Shown here: piece by piece, positions 38,471 through 51,907 of the stretch
Layout: every line of letters starts with the position of its first letter
Numbering within the stretch: position 1 is the first letter of the stretch
Assembly (NCBI RefSeq): GCF_018977255.1
Contig: NW_024704793.1
Span: 248,001 to 312,000 of the forward strand
DNA length: 64,000 nucleotides
Direction: 5' to 3'
Origin: Callorhinchus milii
Lineage: Eukaryota
Translations under genes and position numbers: made by a program
Notes under the pieces: generated by a model
Seen by the model: the letters and a program-made list of their open reading frames with translations, nothing else
Database searches by the model: none
What the model was told of the DNA's origin: nothing

Positions 38471-38570
38471 ATGTTGTGGGATTTAGCCTTTGTCCCGTGG
38501 CGGATTATGCCAACACTTTTTCGCACAGTGAAAGTTTATTACCCTATTCTGGCAGCTGTTGGTATTACAG
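38471..38570 (+). CDS. GPR139/GPR142-like GPCR gene B, exon 1
   Basis: MLWDLAFVPWRIMPTLFRTVKVYYPILAAVGIT + G, donor CAG|GTAATA, phase 1. Not in the ORF track; the start could be the second Met. Confidence 0.82.
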
Positions 38571-40665
38571 GTAATAAATTGCAGCCAGATTTTACTTGTA
38601 TGGAACATATACTACGTTGTTCATCAGCTTACTCATGAAGCATACAACTTCTTCTCCTCCAGCTGTAACTCCAATTCGGTTATGACTTGTTAGTTTTTTA
38701 AAGGACATCAAAGTCTGGACGTGGGAAAACGTTCAGCAGCTGAATACTTGGCAAGACGGAAGCCACAGAGCTTGGCTGTCATCAACGACTTCCCTCCTTC
38801 AGTTTTGGACTTTTCGACATCCCTGGTCTCGCCCTCAGTCTCACCTAACCCATGTGCAACTTAGGCGTCAAGTTTGATCCAAATCTTTCCTTCCAACATG
38901 TGTCCATTACCTGACACGGACTGTTGGTTTCTCTAAGTCTCGGCATTCCCCGCCTCAATCCACACCTCGCAACAAACACAACCGATCCATCATCCATGGA
39001 CTGGTCATGTTCTGGTCTGACTATAACTTTTCGGTCCTGATTTCGGTTACATTCCACACTCTCTCGCCTCCTGGCTCGTTGTCATATTCCGCCATGTTAA
39101 GCATTCCAGTTCGCTAACCTTCTTGAATCGCTCTCTTTCAAGATAAGTTATTATTGTTCGCTCAACCCTTTCTACTCTCACTATCAGATTGATAGTGCAA
39201 CCCTTCTTGTTCGATGACCTGTTCAATTCGACAAGTGTAAAAATACCTCAATCCAAGAGTTATATCCTCAGGCTTCTCCAGCCTCAGAGGGTGTCGCCTG
39301 GAGAAGCGATGGCCGTGAGCAAGTTGAGATGCATATAGGTGCCAGTGCAGGAAATGGTGAGTAGATGAGTTAGAGGGGATTGAAACCCATCTGTTTTTTG
39401 ATAAGGAGGCACTGAAACCTGGCAAGGACTGTAGTGATGGAGGTGAAGAGATTGCTGGAAGTGAGGACATGATGCAAGTATTTTTAATCAATTGGATGAT
39501 TTGAATGAAGGAGCTGTGGAGACCAACATGTCAGGGATTGTGGAATCCGATATTGTTGTTGGTTTGTGATAAGATATGGCGTATTCGACTTGTTTCAAAT
39601 TATTCTAAGCTTATTTTTAATAAATGTATGATTCGACAGAACGTAGTTTCACCACATACAAAATGTACATTGATCAGATACATGTGGTGGACTTTAGTTT
39701 CATTTCAATGTTACATTGAAACGCCAAGAAGCCCTTCATCTGGTTTGCTTCTATAGTTATTAATTTTTTTGATCTTATCTGAACAAACACACGTTTGAGC
39801 GAAATATTTTCCTCAACTTTCAACTGATGTTCTATTTAATATACTTCCCACAGTTGCTAACATGATACTGAGCGAGATTTTATAAATGAATGTTGTGCTC
39901 TACTCTCCATTACCGTCAATCCAACCATGTTCTTAATACATATTTTACGGCATTTACAAAGAATATTGATTACTACAATTCATATGACACCATTCGAAAC
40001 ATTGAGATAGGTAAAAGCGGTTCAGAGTATATACTGTGAACTGGAGGGTCATTGTATTGTGTGAGGGAAACAAGAAATCCAATTGTGCACAGCAATATTC
40101 AACAAATAGACTTACAATCACTGTTTTTCCAGCATTTCTCGGTACTTTATATTGCATTTGGAGTTTGTTGGCCAGGACTCTTGGAGAAACTTCATTCCTT
40201 TTTCTAATAGCGTCACCGAAGATCTTTTAAAATCCATTTGAACAGCGGACAGACGTGGTTAGAGGTTTAACAACCTATCTCTAACTCTGATTTTTGTATC
40301 TCCAGTTCAGTTTAGCTGTTTCGTATTTGTATCTCAGTTTTGAGAGAGGAGTCGGAGTCCGGCATCTCTGAGGTTGGGTCCCTCGGATCGCAAACGAAAC
40401 ACTTGGGTTAGATTTCCGATTGGCGAAACCTTGGGCAGGTTTCCTTACACCAAGTGCGTATGTTTCCATAACAGTAACTAGGAAACTGATTTGGAAATCA
40501 CTTTTCCGGGAGTAATCATTAAAAAATAATACCAATCAATGGGTGACTTCAATCCATGCCGTGGGTCAATGCGGTTTGCAAACATTTGCAGAATTCAGCA
40601 ACAAAACCGTGTAATTTAATTTAATTTAATTTAATCGGTTTGTGTCTGTTTCCTTCATTTCACAG

Positions 40666-41564
40666 CGAACCTGTTGGCTATTGCGGTCCTGTCTCGGGGA
40701 AAGTGTGGTCTCTCAAAATGTATCACCCGCTACCTGGTGGCCATGGCAGTGGCCGATTTTCTGGTCGCCATCAACGATGTGACATTATATCAAATCAGGT
40801 TCCTTTATTTCCCGCCAACATTTCTGGACATCACTCCCGTCTGTTCACTCAGATTTGTGTTGGTTTCGGCAGTTGTACACGCTTCAGTCTGGTTCACAGT
40901 GGCTTTCACCTTTGATCGCCTGGTTGCCATTTGTTGTCCGAAATTGAAAATAAGATATTGCACCGAGAGAACAGCAGCCGTGGTTATAGGAGTGATTTCT
41001 TCACTGAGCTGTTGCTTCAGCATTCCGTGGTACTTTATATTGCAACCCGTGATAATACTCAGCAAAGTGCCTTGGTTTTGCGTTTTGAAAGCAGATTACT
41101 ACACCTCACCCACATGGGCTGTGTTTCATTGGTTGGACGCAATAATAACACCCTTTGTACCATTTTTGCTGATTTTGCTGATGAACGCCGTGACCGTAAG
41201 TCACATTTTAGTGGCCAACAGAATCCGCAGAAACCTCCTGCACCAGAAACGTGAAAGTGTCAATGATGCAGAGATGGAGAAACGGAGAAGATCCATCATT
41301 TTAGTGTTCGCCATATCAGGAAGCTTCATACTGTTGTGGCTGATGTACGTTATAGAATTCATACTTTTACAAGACACAGACAATTATTTCTATTCAGTTT
41401 ACACAGACCCAGTGTTTGTTGTCAGCGTCGTGACAGAAATGCTTAAGCTTTTGAGTTGCTGCACAAACACAATCATTTATGCTTCGGCACAATCTAAGTT
41501 CAGAGATGATGTAAAATATATTGTGAAGTATCCGTTTCAGGTCATCTTTAAACTTGTTAAATGA
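40666..41564 (+). CDS. GPR139/GPR142-like GPCR gene B, exon 2 (spliced product 332 aa)
   Basis: Acceptor tttccttcatttcacag|CG; NLLAIAVLSRGKCG, AFTFDRLVAIC, LSCCTNTIIY; 100+899=999 nt, open. Confidence 0.92.
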
Positions 41565-44388
41565 AGAGCAATATTTCTCATTCTGGGCATAATGTGTAAA
41601 ACGTTGAAAAAGAGTTTATCGACCAATGATCTGTTGGCAATTATTTCAAGCAGTCTGTGGACAACAGTGATAATCATTGCAATTGATAGAGTGCTCTAAC
41701 ACATCGATGACCCATTGAAAATTTCTCACAGAATATACTGCGAAATACGATGCAATTAAAAGTGCAATCTGGCTCGACTTGTTGTAAAGCCTCCTGAATA
41801 CTGTATACAAGTAACTCCAGATCACTTTGAAATTACGCTCAACCAAAAGCAACAAACACCAGTTAAGAGTTACCTTTTAACAAGAAAAATATTTCAATCA
41901 CAGATTAATCACGAGATCAAAGGGGGTAAAAAACAACAAAACATTTTTTAAACTGGAGTTGATTATGGTGTTTGAATTAACAACCAAAGTGATATGTTTA
42001 GTAAGAAGGCACAAAATTTAATAGAGAGCGAGGGCGAGAGATGTGGATCAATGGGGAAGGAACAAAAACTGTATCGTTTATGTCGGAATATTGGGTGAGG
42101 AGAGAATCGAGGTTGCGTCAAACATATAACAATTCAATCATGTATCGGTCTTTAGTAAATATTAAATCGATGATAATCAAGTGTGCAGCTCAGGTTGGTA
42201 TTGATTAGTCACTGAGAGAGGCTTCCAGTATTGTGACAAATTTTGTGACATATAAAGTATGGAATTTTACACTGTAAAACACGTGTACTTGTAGCTCAAC
42301 TGTATACTATTGCAGTTCTGGCAGTCATTATTTCCTGAGTCAGCAAATCAGCCAATAAACATCTGATTTGAAAAGCACTGCGTGGCACTTTTCAATGTCT
42401 TGGTCTTCAAAGGATTACTAACTGAAGTAGAGTCGGTGTGAAATGCAATTATATTTATACCACCAATGCTCGAGTTGGATATTGCACGTTAATTTCCAGT
42501 GAACTGAGTGTCCAGTTTTAATACGGGGTGTTGTGAACCAGGACACCAGGAGAAAATCACTTCCTTTTTTTGTCCCGTCGTTGTAAAGGATATTGTGAAA
42601 CAAAATTGCATGTACAGACTCACACACAAACGGACGCACAGACACACAAACACCGACGCACACACACACACACACAAACACAGAAATACAAACGCAGACA
42701 AAAAAAACACTCATAAACAAACACGCGGACAGAGAAAGGCACAAACACGCAGACACACACAGAAACACAAACACAGACGCACCCAACAATAATTTCAGTT
42801 GGTATAGCGCCCTCCATTCTGCTGTTATTCCAGGTACATACTCGCACAGAGAGAGATACACACATAGACACATTAGATTGTTTGCGACAAGGAATGCCAA
42901 GCGACCGCAGGAATGCTAAAAGACAAACTAGAGAGATCTCTCTTCTGTCACTCAGGAAGTTCCTATATTTTATGTTCTTATGGTCTTACTCCAGGCAGAT
43001 GTGAATTAAATTCAAACACCGTGAGCATATAATGGTTTATATCCTACAAACGGGGTCTCCTTCTCAGGACCTGCCGGGTAAGAAATGAGGTCAGAGCTTT
43101 ATATTGATCCCCGATTCTCTGTCACAATTCAAGATTGAATCTTGTTCCGAACTGTCAGACAACTGGACCCCTGATGAGCCCGAACTTTCCTCAGTTTATC
43201 TCCAGCGAGACACAATCTGTTGGAGGCAGCAAGGTGAACATTTTAAGACGTCATAAAAAACTGAAAGACACCTTATCAATTTAATTTTTCACTGTGTGGT
43301 GCAATAGTGTTCCAATATTCTTGAAAGAAAATTGTTTCTACTTCATTACAAATTTAGATTGATCTAACGCATATTCATTGCGGAGGTCAAAGGAAAACGC
43401 TCACCACATGGACAACACCAAGCTGTGGGTCTTAGCTCAATTGGTTGAGAAAGGAAAAGATCATTGCTGGCGGCTGCAAAAATATAGGTATTGAGAGCAG
43501 ACTTCGATAAGTAAAGCCAGGGTCTGAGTCAAAACAACTGTGAAATGGAGTGACAGTATGTGTCCAGAATTGCTGACAGCCCCATGGTGTGGTGGGCAAT
43601 GTGAGGTGATTGAAGCAGGCTGGTAATGTTGGAGGGCACGTAGTAATTTGAGCTTCAGGGCGCAGTGGCTGAAAGCGCGGCCACCAATGGAGGAACGGGG
43701 TTCACGAGGGACATGGAGAAGGCTGGAGCCAGTCGAGTAGACAGAGCGGTTTTTGGTTTGAGGGGTACGCAGGTCAGAGAGGTAGGGAACAGCCAGGGTT
43801 GAAGGCATTTGGAAAATAGGGCGAGGATCTTGAAGTGTATCGTTCGTTGATGGGGAGCCAGTAAAGCATGGCTAGAAATAACGTGATGGGGGTACAGAAT
43901 ACAATACCCTGGACACACTTCCTCAGTCCCTTAACTTTGCCACTTCCTTCCCCGTCTTCTGCTCTCGCCTGCAGAACAACCTATTCGACCGTACATAATG
44001 TTATCCTTTACTCCCCACCTCGGAGTCGTGCTCCGCCACTGTCCAGCCCTTCGAAATGCTACCCTGCGTGAGGGGCGCTGTATAATTGCAAGATGTTTTT
44101 ATTCTGTAAAACACATCGGCATGACATCGCTAAAATTCAAATTGCGAGCTTCCATATCTATACCCTGCAGTTGTCAGTGTATCCTCTTACCGCTTTTAAT
44201 CATCCCGATGGCGTGAGTGGTGTCATATGGATTGTATGGATTATTATTCTTTGCAAACACAGTAAAACGCAACACAAGAACATTGTTTAACTGACGGTAA
44301 TGGAGATGCAGAGCAAAACATTCATTGACTCAATGTCGAACCATGTTAGCAACATATAGTAAATGTGGAATGTGAAATGCGGAATCCT

Positions 44389-44697
44389 GTAGCTCAGTGG
44401 TGAGAGCACTCTCTTTGCAAGCGAGAACTGAGTTCAATCCAGTAGAGGGCGAAACCTTGGGCAAGTTTCCTTACTCCACACAGAGCCTAATAATAATCCC
44501 TCCAAAACCCAAAATAATAATAAATTGATCATTTTCAATCTACGACTGTGTGTGGGACATTGCTGTGCGCAATTGGCTGTCGCATTCGCCCACAAATATA
44601 CAGTCAATTCACTTTACAGTGTGTTCTGTGAAGCGCTTTGGGGCGTCCTCCCGACGTGAAAAGCGCTATATCAAATTGAAGGATTATTATTATTATA
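44389..44697 (+). mobile_element. tRNA-derived SINE with L2-type tail, complete
   Basis: gtagctcagtggtgagagc head, gagttcaatcc B-box, core, tail hairpin, (att)n. Confidence 0.92.
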
Positions 44698-45118
44698 AAT
44701 GTGGGAAGTAAATTCACGCAATATATTAGAATTTTGAGGAAAGTATTAAATTGATACGTGCGTTTGTGCAGATAAGATCATTACGAATCGTTCAACCTCA
44801 AACTAGAATCGCCATGTCTACTGATACTATTCTGACGTTAAATGTTCCATGGTGTTATTGTAGAAAGACTACCCATCACACAAAAATTCAACAACTATAA
44901 CATCAAAATAGGTGAAGGGTTTCTAGCTGCTGAAACGTAGCAGTAAATTGCAATAGAACTCCAACACAATATATCTGATCAATGTAGATGTATTAGGTGA
45001 AAGAAAGTTGTTTCCAGTGATGCATTTATTAAAATAAGTTTTAAAATATTTTGAAACCAGTCAAAGACATTATTTGCGATCATAAACCAACAGTTTCGGG
45101 ATCCTCAATACTTTACAG

Positions 45119-45187
45119 CGCCTTGGGACGTCCTCCTGACGTGAAAGGCGCTCTATAAATGGAATCTTGTTGTTGTTGTTGTTGTTG
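45119..45187 (+). mobile_element. Tail-only L2 insertion with 6-bp TSD (ttacag)
   Basis: Matches the 3' end of the L2 at 21110-21176; ttacag at 45113-45118 and 45188-45193. Confidence 0.85.
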
Positions 45188-46199
45188 TTACAGGTTGTTC
45201 TCCCCAGCTCCTTCACTCACAACATCCAGCTGATTCAAAACACTTCTATCATGTCCTCATACCAAGCAAATTCCGCACCTCCATCACGACAGTGCTTGCC
45301 AGTCTTCCTTGCTTCTTCGTTACAGATCAGATCGGTTTCAATATCCTCAAACTAATCTACAAACCATACCCAGACCGGCCATTTCTCTGCCTCTCAACCT
45401 GCTCACTGGCCTGGCTTCTTCAGCCGCCCCACACTCTCAGCCACTGCCAAACTTCTACGCACCCCTCGACCACTCCCCTCACCCATCGGCAGCCATTCTT
45501 ACGGCCAATATCACTATATATATTAGCAGAAACCAATACTTTTTCTTACTTGTTGTTGGGAGAAGAAGTGTCCATATAAAGTGTCTGAAAATGGTATCAG
45601 TATAAAATGTATGTTAGGGTAATGATAAAACAGATTTTCTCTTCTATGTTAATCCGAATGTTTAATTCTTGATTGTGGAGGATCAGCAGGATGTTGAAAG
45701 GAGAACCAATATAGGACACACAGATGGTCCATGTGTGAGGTTGTCTGCAATGAATCAGGATAATGGTCAGACAGAAGCAATTAGAAGAAATAGAGAAACA
45801 CTAGTTGGCATAAAAGACAAATATGTGCTCAAAATACGCATACATTGGCTAATGGGGGGGAAACGGAAGAAAGCCAGGTAACGTTGGTCCAGGATACATG
45901 TCATAGTCGGCAAGTTTTTCGTGAATACTAGACGCATCAGTACAAGTTAATGAGTAAGAAAGGTAGAAGGAAGCTGGAAGAGTAGAGATTAGGAGACAGA
46001 CGTATCCTTGATAGATCAATGTTGAAGCTGAACTTTTGTGTCTGCTGCACAAAGAGGATTTAGGAGAGGTAACTGAAAGGAGTGAAAGTTTAAGGAAAAT
46101 ATCTGTTATCTTAACCGGCCAGACCACAAATGAGAAGTTAGTAATCAGGAGAGAGGAGCACAAATTGGGGAAATCAACCCCAAAACCTGCAGGAAAAGG

Positions 46200-46730
46200 T
46201 TATGTTGGAGGGAGATAGTCAGACCGGGAGCAGAGATCAATGGGACATTATAAATACGGATACTTCCACCCTCGCCCGATTCCGCTGGCTCCCCAACCCC
46301 CAGAAGATCGAGTTGAAAATGCTCGTCCTCAACTTTAAGGCCATCCATGGTCTTCCACCGCCTACCTCTCTGACCTGCTGATTCCCAAACAACTTGCCCG
46401 CTCTCTCCGTTCAGCGGGCTCCAGCCTGCTCCATGTCTCCCCCCCGACCCGCCCTACCATCGCTGGTCGTGCTTTCAGCCTCTCTGCTCCCATATTCTGG
46501 AACTCCATCCCACGGTCCCTTCGCCTTGCTTCCTCCCTCGCATCCTTCAAGGTCGGTATCAAGACCTTTCTCTTCACCGTGCCTTTGGTCTCCCTCCCAC
46601 CTCTCTGCCTCCCCTCACCCCTACTACACCCTTCCTCCATTCTCGGTCCCCGACAGCTGACTGTTCAGCGCTTTGGGACGTCCTCCCGACGTGAAAGGCG
46701 CTCTATAAGTGTAATTTTGTCGATGTTGTC
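46200..46730 (+). mobile_element. L2 3' fragment with tail
   Basis: ccgctggctccccaacccccagaagatcgagttgaaaat...cagcgctttgggacgtcctcccgacgtgaaaggcgct. Confidence 0.85.
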
Positions 46731-47049
46731 GTTGATATGGAATCGCCGTTCCCGTTTCAATAACAAAGTATACATCAATTCACTTTTCTGTTGATTTCGT
46801 GAAGTGATTTATTTAATCTCAATCAAGTGATAAAGCAAGGATTATTTTATTATATCTTTCTAGGCCATTGCAGAATTAGTGATGAAGAGCTGTGCATGCA
46901 GCTGCAACAACTTTACATAACTTTTTCCTTTTAAAATGACGGTGTTGATGTGACTCAGATAGATTCGACCGATTAATGCAGGTTGGATTCTCGAAGCGCT
47001 TAACAGTGCCATAGACCTTTAATGTTTCACGGCCCTTTCAGTCATCCTC

Positions 47050-47570
47050 AGTCATCAGAGTCATCAGGGTTATGCCAACGCCCTGATTTTCGGCCTTTAC
47101 AACTCTTCCCTATAGAAGCTGCACATCATCTAAAACTCTGGAGCTCGTTTCCTCTCCCGCTCTAGACTCCGTGACTCCATCAACACCCCCTCGCCACTGG
47201 CTTCCCAACCCTCAGAGGATCGAGTTCAAAATTCTGGAGTTCACCTTCAAAGCTCAAAGAGCGAGTTCCAGCTTTCTACTCGTCTCCCAAATGGCCGGTC
47301 CCACCTTGGGTGGTAGAGCCTTGAGCATCTCTGATCCCATCATCTGGAACTCCATCCAATATTTCCTTCAATTCGCTCCCTTCCTTTTGTCCTTGAAGGC
47401 ACATCTCAAGACCTGCCTCTTCGACCGTGCCTTTGGCCACCATCGTACCCTCTCTGACTGCCACCTTCCCTGATCCTTAATAACAATCCGCTCGGCTCCT
47501 AATCCCTGACTCTTCAGCGACATCGTATATCCTCCTGTCGTGAAATACGCTTTACAAATAATCTTGTGTT
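47050..47570 (+). mobile_element. L2 3' fragment, decayed
   Basis: ORF 47171-47473 contains HWLPNPQRIEFKIL...IWNSI...LKAHLKTCLFDRAF. Confidence 0.8.
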
Positions 47571-48050
47571 GTCTCAGCGGAAAGGAGGAATAGGTGACTG
47601 TAGGTGTGAGTCAAAGAACCGATGCCTAGTTCTGGCATAGACCCTGGACTGCCGTGCCTCATCAGTATCAATCTATCAGATTTCAAATTATTTGCTTTGC
47701 GGTGAAATTGGAATTGAAACACGTGTTGAAATAATCAGTAACTTTTAACGACAGTGGAGTTCATGCTTTAATGTAACCATTCAGCGGCGCTACAGGAGCT
47801 TTTCGGAAACCTGAACACTGTTAGTGCTGTTAATCAATAATGGCAATTTGGACCGATGAGATGCTTGAGCAGCGGGAAACTTGAGAAGCATTTGGATTCT
47901 ATGACTTTCAAGTGAATCTGAACAAAAACACTTTGCTTCATCTGATGACATATTGGTACCAAAGCCTGCAGCGGTAAAGAGATTTTTTTTATAAAGCGTC
48001 TATATTTTAATTCACCCACTACTTCACAGAATATCTATCAGCTAAACAAC

Positions 48051-48195
48051 CCATCCACCTGACCATCACAGGTCACACATCCACCTGACCATCACAGGTC
48101 CACACATCCACCTGACCATCACAGGTCAACACATCCACCACACCATCACAGGTCAACCCATCCACCTGACCATCAAAGGTCAACGCATCCACACT
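48051..48195. repeat. 27-28 bp minisatellite, about 5 copies
   Basis: Unit catccacctgaccatcacaggtcaaca. Confidence 0.9.
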
Positions 48196-48849
48196 TCCAT
48201 CCAGTCTTCAACCTAACCAATCAATCCTTCCGTGCAAACGCCCAGCTTGGCTTTTGAAATGAATTACAAGCAAACATTACAAGGAGACAAGCGATGAGGA
48301 GCAGAGACTGTTGTTTGTAAAATGATCCAAGGCCTACTCATCTATGAGACCAGGTAATCTAGATCGTTGAGATCATCTGGTTTTAAAATGTACAATTATC
48401 CTGTGGAAAATTAAGTTTGGAAATAAAGTTATTCATTTGAATAATTGTGGGCCGATGCTTCAGTTGATGTTCCAGCTTATTTAATTGGGATTTGTCTCTT
48501 CAAATATCACTGACTTTTTTCGCAGCCAATGAGAGAAAGCTTTGTATGTCATCACTGTGGTGGATAAGTTCTCCAACGTTTGCACTCATGCGATTTTCAT
48601 CTGCAAATCAACAGGAAACGACTCACTGCCCACAGAGCACAGATTTCTGCAGATAGCAAACCATGGCAGATGATATGTGTAACTCATTGTAACTACCCAT
48701 TTGTTCTTTGTTTCAAAACGTTTCCATATTAAAATAATGATTCATATTAATAATCCATGAATATTATACAGTGCTTTTCACATCTTCTAGATGTCACAAA
48801 GTGGTTCACAAATTATTCAACGATATGAGTTAGCTGTACGTTTGTGGAC

Positions 48850-49030
48850 AAACCTAGGCAGTCTATTGCAATTTGTCAAACACAGTTCTCGTTTGAAGTG
48901 ACCAATTTATTATTCTTAGTTTTCTCTTGAGGGATTAATGTTAGATTCGTGGAGTCGGGAAACTTGTCCAAAGTTTCGCCCTGCCGGGAATCGAAGCCAC
49001 AACGCTTCCTTGAGAGGCGAGCGCTCTACT
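48850..49030 (-). mobile_element. tRNA-derived SINE fragment
   Basis: gaaacttgtccaaagtttcgccctgccgggaatcgaa matches the family head/core in reverse. Confidence 0.7.
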
Positions 49031-49529
49031 AATAATAAACAGATAATCTGGGAGTGACGGGATATCTGATAAGTAAAGAATAAGGGATGGTCTTGTAAAA
49101 ATCGTCTCAATTATTGGTGGGCGGGTGGGTGGGTCGAGGGCCTATGACGTGGGGGGCAGCTTGATAGAGATCGAGAGTTTTTAATACAGATAAATTATTT
49201 TCACGGTCGTTCAAGTCATTGACTAAAGGCTTTAATTTAGATATTTGGCTATGGAATGCCTGACAGGAGCAATGTTTGTGACAGAACCATATACATTTTC
49301 ACAAGATATCCAGAGACATATCTAAAAGAGCATCAAATGTAGGGCAAGTATATTGGCTGAAAAGGATTGTCCTTCAAGTAGCCAGCAGACATTCAATGGA
49401 GCAAATTGTCACTTTTTTGCTCCAAACGTCTTATTTTCTATAATCAATGGACTGATAGACACTGTATTATTGCTCTCAACTGTTGTTTCAACTGATGTTG
49501 GTTATTCAGTTTCAGTTTGAATACTTTTT

Positions 49530-49765
49530 GCGGGGTGGGTGTCGTGGGGGTAAGTTTCCTTACTCCACACGCCTGATAATATTCCCTCTGCAAAATAAAA
49601 CAAGATATAGTTGTTCTCTTCAAAAAACGACTGTTTGCGGGACACTGCTGTGCGCAATTGACTGCCGCATTTCGCCCACTAGTATCCTGTCAATTCACTT
49701 CACAGTCTATTTGGGACGTCTAGATGACTTGAAAAGCGCTGTACGAAAGGATTATTATTATTATA
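49530..49765 (+). mobile_element. tRNA-derived SINE fragment (core + tail)
   Basis: gtaagtttccttactccacac...gggacactgctgtgcgcaattg...tgaaaagcgct...(att)n. Confidence 0.75.
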
Positions 49766-49944
49766 TATATTATTTAATACACAGCGTCGCCAAATCGAGT
49801 ATAATAATCTTTACATTTTATACAGCGTATTTCCTGGCTTGAAGATATCTAAATCGCTTAAAATGATTTACTGCAGAGCTTAGTGACTGTATGATGCAGG
49901 TGAATGAAACGCAGCCACGAAATGTTTATCAGTCTGTTTCACAT

Positions 49945-50430
49945 GGCAATAGTTTCGCCTCTGACAAGTGATTGTGTGTCCACTTTGACATTTTGACTCA
50001 TGTAGTCCCTCCTGATAATGCAACACAGTGCTCGGGTTGTGCCGCATAGTGAGGCTGCAATCTTTCCGGTGGGATATTAAACCGAGGTTTGTCTGTCTGT
50101 GTAAATGGAGGTTAAAGATTTCAGGGCACTATGTGAAATAAAACGGGAGATTCTCCCGTGTCCTGGCCAACAATCCTACTCTGAGAATGCTCAACAGCAC
50201 GAAATAACGGCGTCTGAAATGCTGATATCATTATGGTGCAATATAAAATAATATTAATAAGAAGAAATTGGTCATTCAACTGCTTGTCTTTTGGTGGAAC
50301 ATTGCTGGGTGCAATTGACCGCCACATTCTCCCACAAATTAAAAAGTCAATTTACTTCACATTATATTGTCTGAAGCACTTACAGACGAATTTAACACGT
50401 TGTATCGAATGCAAGGATTATTTTTATTAG
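49945..50430 (+). mobile_element. DeuSINE-type (AmnSINE1/SacSINE1-like) element
   Basis: gggatattaaaccgagg...ggcactatg...gggagattctcccgtgtcctggccaac resembles the Deu domain as recalled from memory. Confidence 0.65.
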
Positions 50431-51854
50431 TAATTTAATGTAATCTTGTACAGTGGTGATTTTTGTCTGATTATCTTGAGATATTCTCTCTTTTTGAAAA
50501 CAGAGGTATGGGACCTTTATAATGCAAATAAAAAGAGAGGGAAATTCTCCAACAATGTAGTTCACCCCCTGCACTGTATTACAGTGTCGGACGGGAACTC
50601 ATCAGTTCCACATGCAGACATGGGGCTTGAACCCACGGCCTTCTGACTGACAGGCCAGAGTGCTGACAACTGAGCCAGGTTACTGCATATGTTTAATGGT
50701 ACACTCTGCGTTCTTAACTTCTTAAGACATGAAGGTTACAATATTCCCTGTGTTCTATTGATTTCAAAATAATATTTCCTAAAACACACGTCCAAAGATC
50801 ATTTGGAGCGTTTCTGTTTCACTCACTGAAAGAGCTCTGCTCACACGTTCACACACGTTCATTGTTTAGCTATTAATTTGCAATAATTAATGCTGCCATA
50901 ATACCTACTGTAAATTGTTATCCTTTCTGTTGCGAATTATTCTACGCTAGTCAGCAGTAGGTTTCAAACTTTTTTTTGCTTCTGAAATATAAAGTTTGCG
51001 TGGAGAGATTATAATTACATAAACGTTAAATAATCAAGGAATGTCTGTCCAAAAATTAACTTTCTGGAAGATGTTAAGCTTTGTAAGATACGCATTTGTC
51101 ATGAATTTGCTACCAGACAATATTAAAGCTGTCTTGTGAAGTATTCTCCAATAGATACGAATAAAGTTCAACAGTTTTATATCCCCTGCAGAACAATTTC
51201 TGATAGAATTATTTGATTTCCACTGGCATGAGGCGTGTATGGAAAAAACACTGTGTTGTTTTTTGTAATATTTTTAACTAGTTTCTGGCAGCTGGTTTAA
51301 GGTTAGGTTTATACTGAGATGAAGCTGCTCTAATTTAGTTTGAGAAAGTGCAGGTGTTTCCTGCAGATAAGAAACTGATTCACTCTCAGAACATCACGTG
51401 GCCAATGTATGTGTTTTCTTGCAAATGTTGCTTGATGGATACAGTACAGTGTTCATTAAAGTTAGTTACTCTCGAAACCTTAACGATTGTTAAAGTTGAT
51501 TTTACTCAAATTTATTAATTGTGGATATATTCGTTGTATTCTTTTCTTCCTTTGGTTATTGTGGCCAGAAGTGATGTGCGGTGTTGGGGTGAAGGGGTGA
51601 GAGAAGGAAACGGGTCTCACTGGAGCTTAACTGATTCCAGGGTGGGACACTTGGCATAAAATATGGGAGTTGAACAAAGCCTATGTCGTGATCTCGATCA
51701 TTGTGTTCCTGAGCCAAGTGAGTCCTTAGCATTTCACGCCCTGTTGTTGACAAACCAGTCAACCTGACTGCCTCATTCGAAGGACCAGAGTGGCAAACTG
51801 TTTAAGGTGGCATTTGAAATGTGTTTAATTTGGGTCATGCTAACACTGTAGGCC

Positions 51855-51907
51855 GTCCTCCTGACGTGAAAGGCGCTTCATCAATGGAATCTTGTTATTG
51901 TTGTTGT
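51855..51907 (+). mobile_element. 53-bp tail-only L2 insertion with 8-bp TSD (tgtaggcc)
   Basis: tgtaggcc at 51847-51854 and 51908-51915; the insert starts inside the hairpin (gtcctcctgacgtg). Confidence 0.85.

Noticed and set aside
51641-51717. Small exon-like segment on + (WDTWHKIWELNKAYVVISIIVFLSQ|GTGAGT)
   Set aside because: Good donor but a weak acceptor, no in-frame ATG and no partner exons identified.
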